Below, in pieces: positions 24,810-38,264 of a stretch of 64,000 nt of DNA; within the stretch, counting starts at the first letter, position 1, and every line of letters starts with the position of its first letter. Made by a program: the position numbers and the translations under genes. The notes under the pieces were generated by a model. It worked only from the letters and a program-made list of their open reading frames with translations. It was not told the DNA's origin and did no database searches. Source of the stretch: Pseudovirgaria hyperparasitica (lineage: Eukaryota); NCBI GenBank assembly GCA_010093815.1, contig ML996566.1; one strand, written 5' to 3'.

Positions 24810-25639
24810 GATGCATACGAACCACTAAAAATCCATAGCCTAATCAGAGGATCAAGCATACCATACGAGACAAACAAATAAATATGGACGACACGGGATC
24901 AGCGTGATTACTGTCCGTGTTCTGACCTCTTGTGAGAGTCTCTTTGCAGCAATGGCACGTAATGCAATGAAATGCAAAATGATGACCAAAAGAGAAATGT
25001 CGATGTTGGGAGAAAACCCGAGCCCTGACGAAACATAGCCGGCGGGCCGCTCGGACCATGTGGTGTGAAGAATTCAATGATTTCATAAGTGGCTTGGCAT
25101 TTGCCTCTCTACGAAACGCCATTTCTCAATTTGTTGCATTCATTACAAGTTTCACTATGTACATGCAACATGGTTATCTCATGCTTCATGAGATCTGATC
25201 GCCTACAGCATGTGCAAATATATCCATCAAACAGACCATATATGGAGAGCATACACAGCAGACCAACCAGTTCGAGCGGCAGATTGACTCGTACCCGATC
25301 TGCTCGGGCAGAAATAGACGATTATAGTACAAGAACCGCGATCATCAGTTCTCCACTACAACATCTGATTGGCGATTGACACAGCATCCTCTATTAGCCA
25401 CTGAGGTTCAGCCACTACGCCGGGAGCAAAAGAGCACCACCCAGTTGTTTGAGACGCCACGACCCTCGTCATGGTATCATTGGCCAGAGTAAACGGTAGT
25501 TCTCCCATAAATAAAGCCTAGGATGTCCGCATAAGAACGAACCAGAGTCAATTTATACACACTGAACTGAGCCATCTCACATCTAGTACTTGTCCTCTTT
25601 CTCTACCCGATTTGGTAGACTTGCTTGCACGCGTACACA

Positions 25640-27735
25640 ATGGAGCACAGCAGCTCGGGTACTATAGAGTTGAAGAAATCAGATGGCACGGAAGAAAGGA
25701 GTCATCGTTCACCACCAGCTCACTATACCTTCGATGGCGTAAGAGGATGGCGTCGCTACAGGTGGCTGCGGCCAGGCTGGGGCATGTATCACGACGTCAA
25801 GCGTCGTTTGCCTTATTACTGGACCGATATCACAGATGCCTGGTCATATAGAGCTGTTGCAGCAACTATTCGCATGTACTTCGTCAAGTACGTCTATTCC
25901 TTAATTGTGACATTGGTATCATTAACCATATAACAGTCTGTTGCCCGCCCTGGCATATCTCCTGGACATGCAACGACGGACTGGTGGCTTTTATGGAGTA
26001 AATGAAGCACTGTTCGCATCTGCTTTGGCTGCCGTCGTGTTCAGCATTCTCGGTGCTCAGCCGATCACGATTGTCGGCATCACAGGCCTGATATCACTCT
26101 TTAACTACACTACCTACGATATCATCAGCTTGCATGATGTTCGCATATATCCGCAATTCATGGCCTGGATGGGGATTTGGGCTGCCATATTCCACTGGAT
26201 CGCGGCTTTCTTCAACACCTGTGACTATATGCGCTATGTGACGGACTTCAGCAGCGAGTCATTTGGACTATACGTCGGCATCATCTACGTTAGTAAGTTC
26301 TGCCACAAGACTACTTTTATGATACACTGATCGCTGAGTCGCAACTAGTAAAAGGAGTCGAGGAACTAGCCAACGAGTTCTCCGTCAACAGCTACGAATC
26401 CGGCTATCTAGGGTGCATAATCGCAATCCTCTACTTTGGTACTGTCTTTGGCATTGAAAAGTTCGGCGTGGGTCTCTTCATGAACCCATCAGTCCGACGA
26501 TTCGTCGGCGACTACTCCTACGTCGTATGTGCGATCTTTCTCTTTACTTCAGGAACACATTATCATCATCATCTCCATCTACTAACAACAATTGTCCCAT
26601 CAGTTCGGCTCAATCTTCTGGACCGGCTTCGCACACTTTCCCGGCCGCGTCAACGCAACACACGTCTCCTATGTCCCCATCACAAAAGCATTCTACCCCT
26701 CCATTCCACGTGCCTGGATCATCGATTTCTGGACCCTCGACGTAAAATGGGTCTTCGTCGCCATGCCTTTTGGGTTCCTCCTCATGTTGCTCTTCTACTA
26801 CGATCATGTACGTCCCAGTCCATCCCTATTCCGTAACCCCTAATATCCAAACCCCCATGTATGCTACAACCCCTGACCAATACAAGAACGTATCCTCCAT
26901 CACCGCTCAAGCCCGCCACTACCCCCTCCTCAAACCTGGTGGCTTCCACTGGGACTTCTTCCTGCTCGGCTGCACCACACTCGTGTCCGCAATTCTCGGA
27001 CTTCCCATGCCCAATGGCCTCGTGCCCCAGGCCCCGGTGCACACCGACTCGCTCACATACTACACGACTAACGTGCGCGCGCTGCGGCCCATCACCGGTG
27101 CATTATCGCGCATCCCCACCACGAAGCGGAACGAGCGGGACGGACAGAGCGACGAGAGGGATCCTGCCGCAAACAACAACACCACCGCAGACGTATACGC
27201 AGACGCAGATGCAGAAACAATCTACGAACCCATCGTGCGCGCCACACACGTCCTCGAGCAACGTATCACCCATCTCGCAATGGGCATCCTGCTGATTATC
27301 ACAATGACACACCCACTCCTAGTTGTGCTGCACACAATGCCGACGGCGCTCTTCGGCGGCGTGTTCATCCACGTCGGACTATCGTCGCTGCTATCCAACG
27401 GCATCGTGCTGAAGTGGAAGTACCTGCTTACCGAACGCCGCATGGTTTCGGCGAATGACCCGTTGAAGAAAGTAGGGAATCGGAAGGTTTTACTGTGGAC
27501 GGCGATCCAGTTTGGGGTAGTGGCGGCCTGTGTTGCTATCAGTCAGACGATTGCCGCGATTGGGTTTCCCGTGTTGATTATTGCGCTGATACCCTTGCGC
27601 ACGGCGTGGGTGCCACGGTGGTTTTCGAGGAAGGAGTTGGCAGTGCTGGATGCGTTGACAGCAAACAGTGAGGTTGTGCTTGCTAGTCTAGGGGGTGCAC
27701 CACCAGATTTTGCGAGTGGACAGGGGGAGGAGTGA
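25640..27735 (+). CDS. HCO3- transporter family (SLC4) boron efflux transporter, Bor1-like
   Basis: GMYHDVKRRLPYYWTD, QPITIVGITG, LFYYDHNVSS, LKPGGFHWDFFLLG, NGLVPQAPVHT and EQR motifs, with multiple TM segments and introns. Confidence 0.92.
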
Positions 27736-28041
27736 GTGGTATCTGGTATAAGATTTGCTGCGATAAGATAGTTCACGGGCACCAAATGAAAATAAGAGTA
27801 ATGACAGTCTATTGGTCTATACCAAATGAATGTGAATACAGAGGCCAGTTGAATATGGCTATAGAGCTCTTTCCCTGATGGAACAATGACCTTGTAAAAT
27901 CCCTTTCTATCCAAAAATGAAAGCCCAAGAAAGAATAGTAGCATTAGCAGAGGCGCGCTACCATCCCCGAGTACAATTTCATGAAAGTAGCTTTTCTTCT
28001 CGAGTCAAAGAGATGAGCTGAAACCTTATGCTGGTTTGATC

Positions 28042-31036
28042 TCAGATGTAGATCATGGCTCTTTCGACTCCTTTAGCAATTGTGACGTTGTTCGAAGATT
28101 CCACCATAGAGACGGAGTTGTTGCCTGTATGTGAATCGCTAGTAACACTTTTAGAATCTGGATCGAAAAGTCCACTCAAATAGCGTCTTGCTCTCTCGCA
28201 CAAGACATCAGCGTAGTAAACTGGCGGAGGGATGCTGACGGCTTTCGTAGCCCGTCCAAAGAGGTAGCACATCTTGTGCGACAACTCCTGTACGAAGTCT
28301 CCTAAATTGGAGCAACCAACGAGTGAAGGTAACGCACGAAAGATTTCGTCGTAGATTACAACGTAATGTGCAGGTCGTGCTGTGCCCTGAAGCGCGCTAT
28401 GGGCCTGCAAATAGAAGTCACAGATCCGAGCCTCGGTGACTCCGCGATCGACGACAGTACCATTGGATGTATTACCGCTTCTGTCTGCTGTCTCCTTGCT
28501 TGTAGCATAGAATCGCACGTTGTGTCGTTTTCCGACTATCACGATAGATATTCGAGGCTTACTCACTTTGGTAGTCGGGGCGGGATAAAGATCTGCGCAA
28601 GCCTTTCGCAACAGTGGAAGCTCTTCATTGAGCACAATACTATACTGGCCCTCAGAAACACCATCGCGATACACAAGTATGTTTTCCGGGAGTTCGTCGT
28701 GGAGATCTTTCCAGAGTTCAATGCGCGATTTGAGCATCACGTCTAGCCCTGTCACCTTTTCTTGCCTGGACAGCTGAGCTCTTAGCACGCCTGGCCACTG
28801 TCCCAAGAACGGGTCCACTGAAGCCACCATGGCAGCAACACTAGGAGCGTTTTCGGATGATCCAGGAGAAGGATGTGTAACGTCGATACCGACTACCATA
28901 GTCTTCCCTTGCGAAATCAGTGGCAGGTCCGCAGGAGCCAGATCGTGATTACGTCCACCCAACTTAGCGTTCACCTTCATAGCGATGTTTGCGAAGAACT
29001 GGCCGTTGGCTCGTTGGAACTTCTTGTCTACCACGCAAACGTTGAGAACACCTGCTTGGATATCGCAGGCCCATTTGACGCGATTATACAGCGCTGTGTT
29101 GTCTCTTTCCGGCAGGATTACCAGAATGAGCATTGGAGGTTTCAGATTAGGGTCGTGCATAAAAGTCTTGATGGCGTTGTCAATTATGGTCTCGTACTGC
29201 GCGCTCTTTACATTGACTGTCAGACCTCCGGTATAGTCTGCAACTCTCATCCCAAGTTCCCGGAGTTTGGCTTGGAAGGCTGTAAGTTGCCTGTCAAACT
29301 CACCATTTCCCCAGATGTCGCGTCCGTACTCTATCTTAAGGTAAGTCCAGCTAGGAAGATTTGCTGCCTGTACGAATTTGACCGCTTGCAAGTTCCAGCT
29401 ACCAAATAATGGCTTGAGCTTTCTATCGAGATACATGATGTTTGGTGCGTTCAGTACACGCCCAGAGACTGATATCAATTTCGGATCTACTTTCAGACCG
29501 AACTCTCTCTGCGAACTATGATTAGCTATGACTGAAAGGTGAGAGTATCAACATACCCAGAGAGGGTTCACTGAGTGGAGTCCTAGAACCCGAGGTCCGT
29601 CTTTCGTGATAGAGTGGGCATTCTGCCTGGGCTTTCGCACAGCAAATCTGATCATTTGCTGAGTTTGACTCGGACTAAGCTTTGATGGCGCTGCTTGTCC
29701 TGCCCTGACGTAGCATACTTCCACCGGTAAGTACGTAGGGTTCTCTTTGGACTTGACGTTGATCAACGGCAAGCTAGGATCGATCTTGACATCTGGGTAA
29801 TCTTTTCCTAATGTATTAGAATGTGATGAAACGCGGGCTGGGAGGTTTTATACGTACGTCTCCGAAAGTAGTCGAATACAGTCCCATATGTCCCTGCAGT
29901 TGTGACCGCAGCACCTCCCGTAGACTTTATTGGAGCACCTGGAGATGTGAAGAAGACCTGTACCTCTTTGGCACCCGCACCGAATCTTGGAACTTTGGGC
30001 GGATATTTGAGACTCTTTCCGTCATCTTTATTCGCAAATGCCTGAACGACTCTAATCCTTGGTGTGCCATAGTGCGTCGCGTGGACGGACAGCCTTCTGA
30101 TAAACAGCTGCAGACCACGTAGATCCCACCCGTTCACCTTTGTGTAATCCTTCATGAGGTCATCAAGGCGTTTTGAAAGATAAAATGCAAGATTTTTGAC
30201 TTGAACATTTACCAGGATGCGAGCTGTGGCTGTGCGTACGCTAAGACAGAATCCACGGATTGCTTCAAGGCCTGCGCCCAGATTCATCCTATCTATAGCT
30301 CTCAGGTCGAAGTGTCGATTCTGTCCAATGCTCACAACTGATGAAGTTGCCTTTGGGAAATGGCCAACTAATATGTTAAGAGCTGAGATCATTTCATCCT
30401 TAGACTCAAGCATGAGACCAGCTTGTGAAGAGGTCAGATAGTCGACCAAAGATGCCAAACGGAAGCTTCCGGTTGCCGACAACTTTATGTTATACTGTGG
30501 TGCATTTGTCTGAGCGTTGTCCTCGCCGTCCGCTCGATATATGACAGTGAACTGGTTTTGCGCTAGGTCGAGCTCATGACAGCATATCAGATTTGACACG
30601 AAGTCGGTCGCGATACTGTTGATCTGAGTTTCGAAGTGATCTTGAAGTAGAAGGCTGATGATACGCTTGACTTTCTTTCCGGTCGGGACTCTATCGCCAG
30701 ACTCTGGCGAAAGACTAACGGCATAGCGGTGCAGCATTACGTCCGGTTTCGTAACTAGCTCCATGAAATTTGCCCACAGAGTGACCTGTTTACCTTTGGT
30801 ACCGAAACAAGGGCGCGTTGGGTTCTCGTCACTGAAAAGCTTGACCATTTTCAGCATAAGGTCTACGCTGTCCTCGACCTTCTCTACTTCCACGTTCTTT
30901 CTCGGTCCGCCATCTTGACTAGGAGATCATAGGTCAGAGACTGAGCGAGTGTGTCCATGAAATCTTACCAGTATATGTCAACGCCACCACCGCCTCTTGC
31001 TCCACCAGCTCGTCCACGGTGCGATATACCAGCCAT
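28042..31036 (-). CDS. Argonaute (QDE-2-like RNAi effector)
   Basis: Exon 1 MAGISHRGRAGGARGGGG. N, L1 and PAZ regions (GTKGKQVTLWANF; LEAIRGFCLSVR; NPTYLPVEVC). PIWI motifs GIDVTHPSP, YRDGVSEG, GKRH, GTARPAHY and VYYADVLCERAR. Three introns keep the frame. Confidence 0.95.
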
Positions 31037-32052
31037 TGTTGCTTGCAACTGCTTTCTATCTCGTTCAGACTTGAAAGAGATAGCAGATTAAGACTCGGAT
31101 AGGTCGTGAAGAGAGGCACCAACGACGTCTTGTAATGAGCGTATTGTGAAGGTATATAGCTTGCTGTCCAGTGCTACAAGTTTCCAAGTTTGATTATATT
31201 GGTAGATGTTGTCGTAAGAGTTGAACAGATCGCTGCTACAGTGAGATGCTGTGTAAATGTCAGGTTGTAACTCGGTATAAAAAAGAAAGGAACAGCAACC
31301 GGTAGGAGGCAGGTCCGGCGGCAGGTCCGACCTTCTTGGGTCAGTTGTGATAACCTCTGGAAGTTGGTCTCGGGCGATACAGTACGAGGAGGTGCAGACG
31401 AAGGAGCGATTCGTGATGCGACGGGCAAGACGCAAGAGTTCCTAGGCTCATGTGTATTCATGTACTTAAAGACTGTAAGTACAGGCATATGCGATCTCTG
31501 GTATGCCTTATTTCGGAGCCCACTCCGGAATAATGATTATACCCAATCAGTCATGCGGTGAAGCAAAGACACAAGAAACTTGGGTTCGGCGAGCCATTGA
31601 TCGTGACCCTTTCATCGGTAGCTTGGGCCTACTCAGCTGAGTCTGGCTATAAAGAGAGTTACTCAGGCTGTTAGAGGACCTAGTCTTAAAAAAAGTGTCT
31701 AAAGTACTCTCAGGGATAGATCCGTGCTAGGCGGTAGACAAAAAGTGTGAGGATATGAGAGGCAGAATAAACATGACCAAATTGTTTAGTGTGGAATCTG
31801 GGAACGTACTTATACATAGATAGTCCACAGAGACAGACTACAGGCCTGTAAACCATCTATCATACTGCGAAGTGATTATGTGGTTATGATGGTGGGAATC
31901 GCAGATATTCCTATGTGAGTTTGACAGACAGTTTGATGCACTTGACAAAGACAAACTGTGATCCAAGAAATCTCATTGTCAAGCTAGCTCATTGTCAAGC
32001 GAGCTCGAGCTACAGTATATCGCGATGTTTGAATCATAAATTGGTGATGTAT

Positions 32053-32668
32053 TTACAGTCCCAAGACCCCAGACATCACAAGGAGAACCGCAAACATCGA
32101 CACATTGGTGTCATACTTCAGCGATCCAGCAGCTCCTGTGTCAGTCGGTGAATTGGACCCTGTGGGAGTGCCCTGGTAAGAATTAGTAATACGCTGCGAT
32201 TAATGCAATCACGACTTACTCCATCAGTATTAGGCGTTGGTGTGGGAGGAGCATTGGGTTCAGACAATGAAAATGTACTTGATGGCCCAGCGCCCTCGAA
32301 ACCAGAAGGGCTAGGAGTCGCGTCGTCTTGACACTGCTTTGCTAGTCCGCTCACACCATTGCCGTAGATGTACCAAATATTATACGTGTTGGCACAGTCA
32401 AGACAGCTCTGGAGGTTGGACTGATACTCAGCATTATCGCAGTATTCGCCACCGCCGCGGCCAATCGTGAGGACACCACCTGGAAAATGTGTCAGTAACA
32501 ACGCCGGAGAAGATGAAGAAATACCGTCGCACCGCAGGCTGCATGGCAATTGTACGCTGGAGTTCCTGGCTCTTGACGCTTCAATAAAGCATCTGTATCC
32601 AAGAGACTTGCTGTGTTTGGGACGGCAAACAGCACTGTCAGGATGATTGTTGTTGTTGGAATCTTCAT
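32053..32668 (-). CDS. Small secreted, likely GPI-anchored 6-Cys protein
   Basis: Signal MKIPTTTIILTVLFAVPNTA, KR site, CHAACG...YCD...CLDCANTYNIW...C domain and Ser/Thr/Pro stalk. The last exon encodes the GPI-like tail TGAAGSLKYDTNVSMFAVLLVMSGVLGL*. Two introns. Confidence 0.82.
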
Positions 32669-33533
32669 ACTGACACTGTGCCTGGCCAAGTGAGACTGGA
32701 AAGGCAACGTATTTAAATATTGAGGCATTTGTATTCGGAGGAAGCGGCTATCGTACAGCAACGCCACAATAGCTATGGGTCCAGTAACAACCGTTCCAGA
32801 AGGTAGCAAGCTCGGAATTGGTCAAATATTGAAAAGCCAACTCTCTTCAGACGCCCCCTACCGTCATTTCGACTGCTCGGTAAACTAGTTCTAGTGAAGC
32901 GAGGAGTCCACAGAGTGCCATCGCTGCTCCCTCGGAAGTTATGATCCCTGAAATCCATCTTATCACCGTGGAGGTCTATGAGTTCTAACCTGATTTGGAG
33001 GGCAAGGCTTGAAAATCTTGTCATATCACACGTCTGTCCGGCTCAAGCACCTCGACCCCTCTTTCCAAAGCATGCTGGAGACAGGGTTCAACTCGGACTC
33101 AGCGATCCTGTACCCCCAAGCTATCGCTTTGTTTGCAAGGGAATGGTCTGATGCCAAGCCCGCCGAGATGTTGCCGAGACAATGTTTGCAAAATTTGAAC
33201 ATATCTGATCCCTTATTCGTGCGATAGTACAAGGACGAAAAACGCCAAGCATTTGTGTAGCTAGCAGCATCAGCAACATCAAATTGTGACACATCTAATC
33301 TGATCAGATAAGATTCCCCGCACGCTGTTGCTTCCGCTAGAAATGCAGCCAGTAACGTCTGGCTCTGTCTTGTTTCGGCATACGTTGGAGACCACCCGGC
33401 GTGATGCGGCACACGTTGCTGGTACGACTGTTCATGATAGATAAGGAGTCGCTTGGACCCTTGATGGACAGCATGCGGGATCTGTCATTATCAAGGCGGA
33501 CCGGCACTTGCGGAACTATTCTCAATAACCACC

Positions 33534-34467
33534 ATGATGCAGTGTTCATCGATGTTGGCTCTATGTTTGACCATTTCACTGTCATGGATGGTGGTCGCCC
33601 AGGTCACTTCGCCGAACCAAGCCGCCGCTGCAATGCTCTGGCCGCCAGATAGGCGATGGGGAGCAGCCGTGGACAACACGGAGCCATGCGGTTCGGCGCA
33701 AAGCGTTTGGAATCGAACGGATTTCCCGCTGAGTGAGTAGAGAACATCGAAGAGAATCTGTACGGAGGGAGCCATATGTTGATACCCTACAGCAAATGGA
33801 CGGATTGCAATGGCAATGCAGGACGACGCATACAACGTTACTATATCGATATCGTACCTCGCCAGTAAGTACTGCCAAATTACGTCCGTTGCTTGTGACT
33901 AAGATCATTGTAGATCCGACCGCAAACAATGACTTCGAAGAGGTTCTCAATCCTGAGCGCGACTCCGAACTCACAGAATTTGATCCCGGCCATCAATGTT
34001 TCGACGTGCCTGATGCGCCGTCTGGGACTGTCGCGGGACAGTCGGCAACGATCCAGTTGAATTATATCTCCGATTTCGATAATGATGGTAACAAGACCTT
34101 TTATGCTTGTTCCGATGTCACGTACGTTGCGGTTCAGAGCTTTAATGCTACGAGACTAAGCGGTGTATGCTTCGATACCGACTTCGATCCTGGTGATCCT
34201 TTAGTGCATCCGAGCATTACTGCTAGCCCTACCACTCTTCCCAGTGCGGAACAGAGTGATAAAAAGAGTGGACTTTCTGGGGGCGCAATCGCAGGTATTG
34301 TTGTTGGTGTCGTTGTCGGAGGTGGAGCACTCCTGATTGGAGCTTTCCTCTTGTACAGGAGGCGGGGGCAAAGGATGAGGAGGGACGAGGCTGTCAATGT
34401 CAGGATGAATGAGTTGACAAGTCCAACAAAAAGGCTAGATGAGTCGGGTTCAGAAAGGCAGGTTTAG
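33534..34467 (+). CDS. BIM1/X325-like (copper-acquisition-factor-like) domain protein with single-pass TM anchor
   Basis: Signal peptide, then WPPDR...DNTEPCGS...RTDFPL, GHQC, ATIQL and FYACSD, then the TM GLSGGAIAGIVVGVVVGGGALLIGAFLLYRRR. Two introns. Confidence 0.75.
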
Positions 34468-37400
34468 AAAGGCAGGCTTGATAAGACAATTTGAGTCGTG
34501 AGGAATTTATCAGGTGTAGCTGATTCGAAAGAGCTAAGAAAGGTTTTCCGATCGATTGATTAGCCTGCGACTATGTCATCTCCATCTGTCGTGCGTGATG
34601 CGTGTCGCACGGTGCCATTCATAGATCTATCACGAATCCGGAAGCGTCCTTACAAAGAATGCCAAGTAGAGTTCATCAATGTAGTCATTGTCGCAAGTAT
34701 CAGTGACACTGCTGGTCGACGATCAGATACGGAAAATGGGTAGAGTTCCGGTCCAGGGTGTTAGGGTGACCGGGCGAAGCTGTTTGTCCCGAGTATGGTG
34801 AGATGGTTCCAAGACTTTACTAGTCCCCAGCTTGTGGGAGCGAAACAAGATTCCTGGATGTGACTAGAGGTTAAATACACACATATGTCATGTTTGACTT
34901 ACTGACATGTATTACGCTGCATGATGCTCCTGCTCTTTCGTCATAGTAGTGTATCTGATGCGGAAAGACATGAAGTGGAGAACGGTTTGATGGCTGAAAA
35001 TACTCTGAGGTGCATCAGATATCGTGCAGGTATTTGCGAATGCTGTCGGTATGCACATGGGACTCGAAGTTCACGTTGGAGTGTCGTGAACAGTACAGAA
35101 GCGTGCGGAACTTAGCCATGCGTACGCCACGATCCCGTAGCTCTGATGTTGCATATAACAAGGGTTGGCGAAGACTCCATGGTAAGATTCAATGATGCGG
35201 GCGCACAATGAGATGACGTTATGTTCTTCGCGTCAATAACAATCCTAGGGTTATAACTAAACCTTGAGACATAGTGATCTACCCTGGAGCATTTATGCGT
35301 GACCATGACAGGCATGCTAAAAACTCTGCTTAGACGAACGCACACCTAGCCGTCGGGAAGAACAAAGTGAGGCACACAAGTTTAGGCTGCAACACTCTCG
35401 TGGCTTGGTTACTTTAAGTGGCAGCTGAGTTGACTTCTACAGGGCTACAGTTAGTCCTATGATCTAGATGGGAAGCGGAAAGGGACAACAGCAGTGAGAT
35501 CCTCTTACATGGTGCGCTGGAGGCGAAAATGCCAGGGACAAGCCAGAGTGTCAGCTTGCACGCTGTGTTAAATGTAGAACACCAATGGTGCTGTGTGTTG
35601 TTGGAGTGAACGCTCCAAGGGGGAGGCGTAGCGGCTGATGGAATGAGGTTGTCATATCGGGTGGTGGCTTACTATCTGGATTGAATGATAATGAATTACT
35701 GCCTAAGGCCTCAACTACAGCATCTCCCGAGTCCCTACCGCTCTTCAGCCTCATTTCCGCCAACACATCACCCTCTGTCCACTATCTGTCAGTATCATGA
35801 TTCTTCGAAACCATCCCCTTCTTGTCCTTCCCGAGGCTTCCCACATGGTTCTTTGTAAACACGCATCTCCTGCGTGTCGAATGGTGGATACGCTACAAGT
35901 CCTGCTGCGAGCCGAGAAGCACTCCCGTGTGGAGCCAGACAGATGTACTCTTCGCAGAAATAATTTCGTCATTCGTCTCAAGACTAGAGTCTGATCGCTA
36001 AAAAAATGCGCAATAAAATACACTGCGGTCTCAGGAATCTTACTTTCCGGTTCAGAGCTCGACACGTCATTCTATGCGCATTAGATGACCGGGGAATTTA
36101 GTAGGGTTCTCCGCAAAATGTATCAATACGGACACAGTCACGGTCAAGGGACCTAGGGTAGAATCCGGGGGAGGGGGGCATATATCCCTCAGTTACCGAG
36201 ATGGCTTACATACCTGATACCAATGCCCCTAGATTCGAGCGCTTTATGCCGCCGTTGACGCCCTCAAGACGGCTGACCATTACACTTTGATTCCTTTTTG
36301 CGGCTGTAGCGATCAAGGGTAGCAAACACACTACCCTACACCGAGGTTAATGCTAAATCGGAGACTCGCAGAAGCTGGGCAAAAGGCAAGCGCTCACTGT
36401 AAATGTAGTCAATGTTCTATATCTCTAGCCTGGACAAACGTCTGACATACTCTCGAGTATGTCTCTATTGCCTACAGGGCAGATAAATGCACCTATTGAC
36501 CCCAGGAAGGCTCGGACAGCATACCAAATCTCTCGTAAACCCAGCTTGTTGTTGGATGAGAGTGGCCTTCGCTAACCCTGGTTTTACCACTAGACTTGGA
36601 CAGATCTACCAGATAATTGACAGATAGGTATATCAGTTTTGGTAGCAGAGCACCCACGGGCGCGGCCTAGTTGATGACGACAAAGGTAGAAGATAATAGC
36701 AACCCAAAGCAATGGTACATCGATGAACTAGAGCCAAGATACCCATCCTGGACTCTGAGACAAAGTTTGCAGGAGTTTTCGAACGCACAAGATGCAGAAT
36801 CTAATAGTACGCTCTGGACCTTCCTGCAGGTGATCTTTGCTCCCGGGAGCGGCCCTTCGTTCCCGTCGGCAGACGCGGTGCTTACAAGCCCGACGATGGC
36901 TCGTCATACGAGGCTCCAAATCGTGACAAGCATTACAAGTGACATGCGTGTGTGATTGGTTTCGATAAATGTGGCTTGACACAATAGCACTTGCTTGCCG
37001 CCGACCTAAGACGGATGGAGGAATAGTCCAAATACGCCTCATGAGCGTTCTCATGATCATCAGTGGGATCTGAGGAAGCTGGACCTATCATCAAAATTGC
37101 CATATGCAGCCACCATGCGACGACGTTCGTCAACTGACATTGGATGCATCTGTGCCGCCATTATCGTGGCGTTCGTTCTCGTGGAATGGTACTGCTAGTC
37201 TGGACCAGTCATGATATGATTCCATACTTCAGTATGACAATAAGGCTTACCTTTCTTTGGTCATTACCCAAACTCGACCGTCTCCCGCCATGTATATCAA
37301 AGTGTCTGTGAGTGAACTGAGAGGGGCTATATCGTTCATGTTAGTCCATCTAGTTTACGAAGATTGAACTTGAGGAAATCTGTGAAATCATGTTATCGCT

Positions 37401-37907
37401 GTGCACGAGAAGCAAGTAGGATATGTTTAGAACGAGTCCGATCACAGGCATTGGACTCCTTCAGTCGCCCCAGTCCCTTCTGACATGGATAGCCACTGAT
37501 CGACAAAACAGTCCGCGGAATAGGAGCTCATACCTCACAGAGTGATTACCTGTTTAGACCAGGGAGGCTCGATGCGTTGCTTCCTTGACTTGCTCCTCCT
37601 TTAGACGCCTATATCTCGTGTATGCAGCTTGATGACAAGAACCGAGTGCAGTGTTTGACCAACGGCAGCCACATTTCATCAACATAGACGACATATTGGA
37701 AGACATCAGGAAATCTGCAGTGTCCACCGACGTCAATCACGAAGAAGTGCGCGATGTCAAGATTTGTATGAGAGCAAGAAGTCTATAAGAAGCCGTCTCT
37801 TCCCACTCAGTACAGTTCTTCATCCAGCAATCAAATAGTATCTTCTAACCAGCACTTTCCAACACTATCACTCTCGAGCCCCAAAGCCTCAAAAATCAAC
37901 CGCAAAC

Positions 37908-38264
37908 ATGCAGTTCTCCATCATCGCCGCCTCCCTCTTCGCCTCTATGGCCGCTGCTCTTCCAACCAACGAGCCAACCACCACTCCGACCCAGTGCTCC
38001 AACGGCGGCACTGTCTACTGCTGTACTCAGGACCCAGCCAAGATCGCTCTCCTCGATCTCAAGATCCTGACCTGCACCGTGAACAATGTCCTGGGCAACT
38101 GCAACAACCAGGTCTGCTGCGTCAATGCTGGCTCTGGCGTAAGTTTTTCCCAAGATCAATTCATCTTCTCTTCACGATCTAACATCACTCTACAGTCCCA
38201 GACTTGCTCCACTACTAGCGGTGTCAATATTGCCATCCCTGTCACCATCGGACCCCTCATCTAA
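37908..38264 (+). CDS. Hydrophobin (class I-like / intermediate spacing)
   Basis: Signal MQFSIIAASLFASMAAA and eight Cys in C-CC-C-C-CC-C order. Intron 38139-38195. TATA-like TATAAG at ~37784. Confidence 0.9.
   Translation: MQFSIIAASLFASMAAALPTNEPTTTPTQCSNGGTVYCCTQDPAKIALLDLKILTCTVNNVLGNCNNQVCCVNAGSGVSFSQDQFIFSSRSNITLQSQTCSTTSGVNIAIPVTIGPLI

Noticed and set aside
34755..36580. Isolated TTAGGG/CTAACCCT hexamers to octamers as telomeric or template signals
   Set aside because: Single short matches are expected by chance and have no supporting structure.
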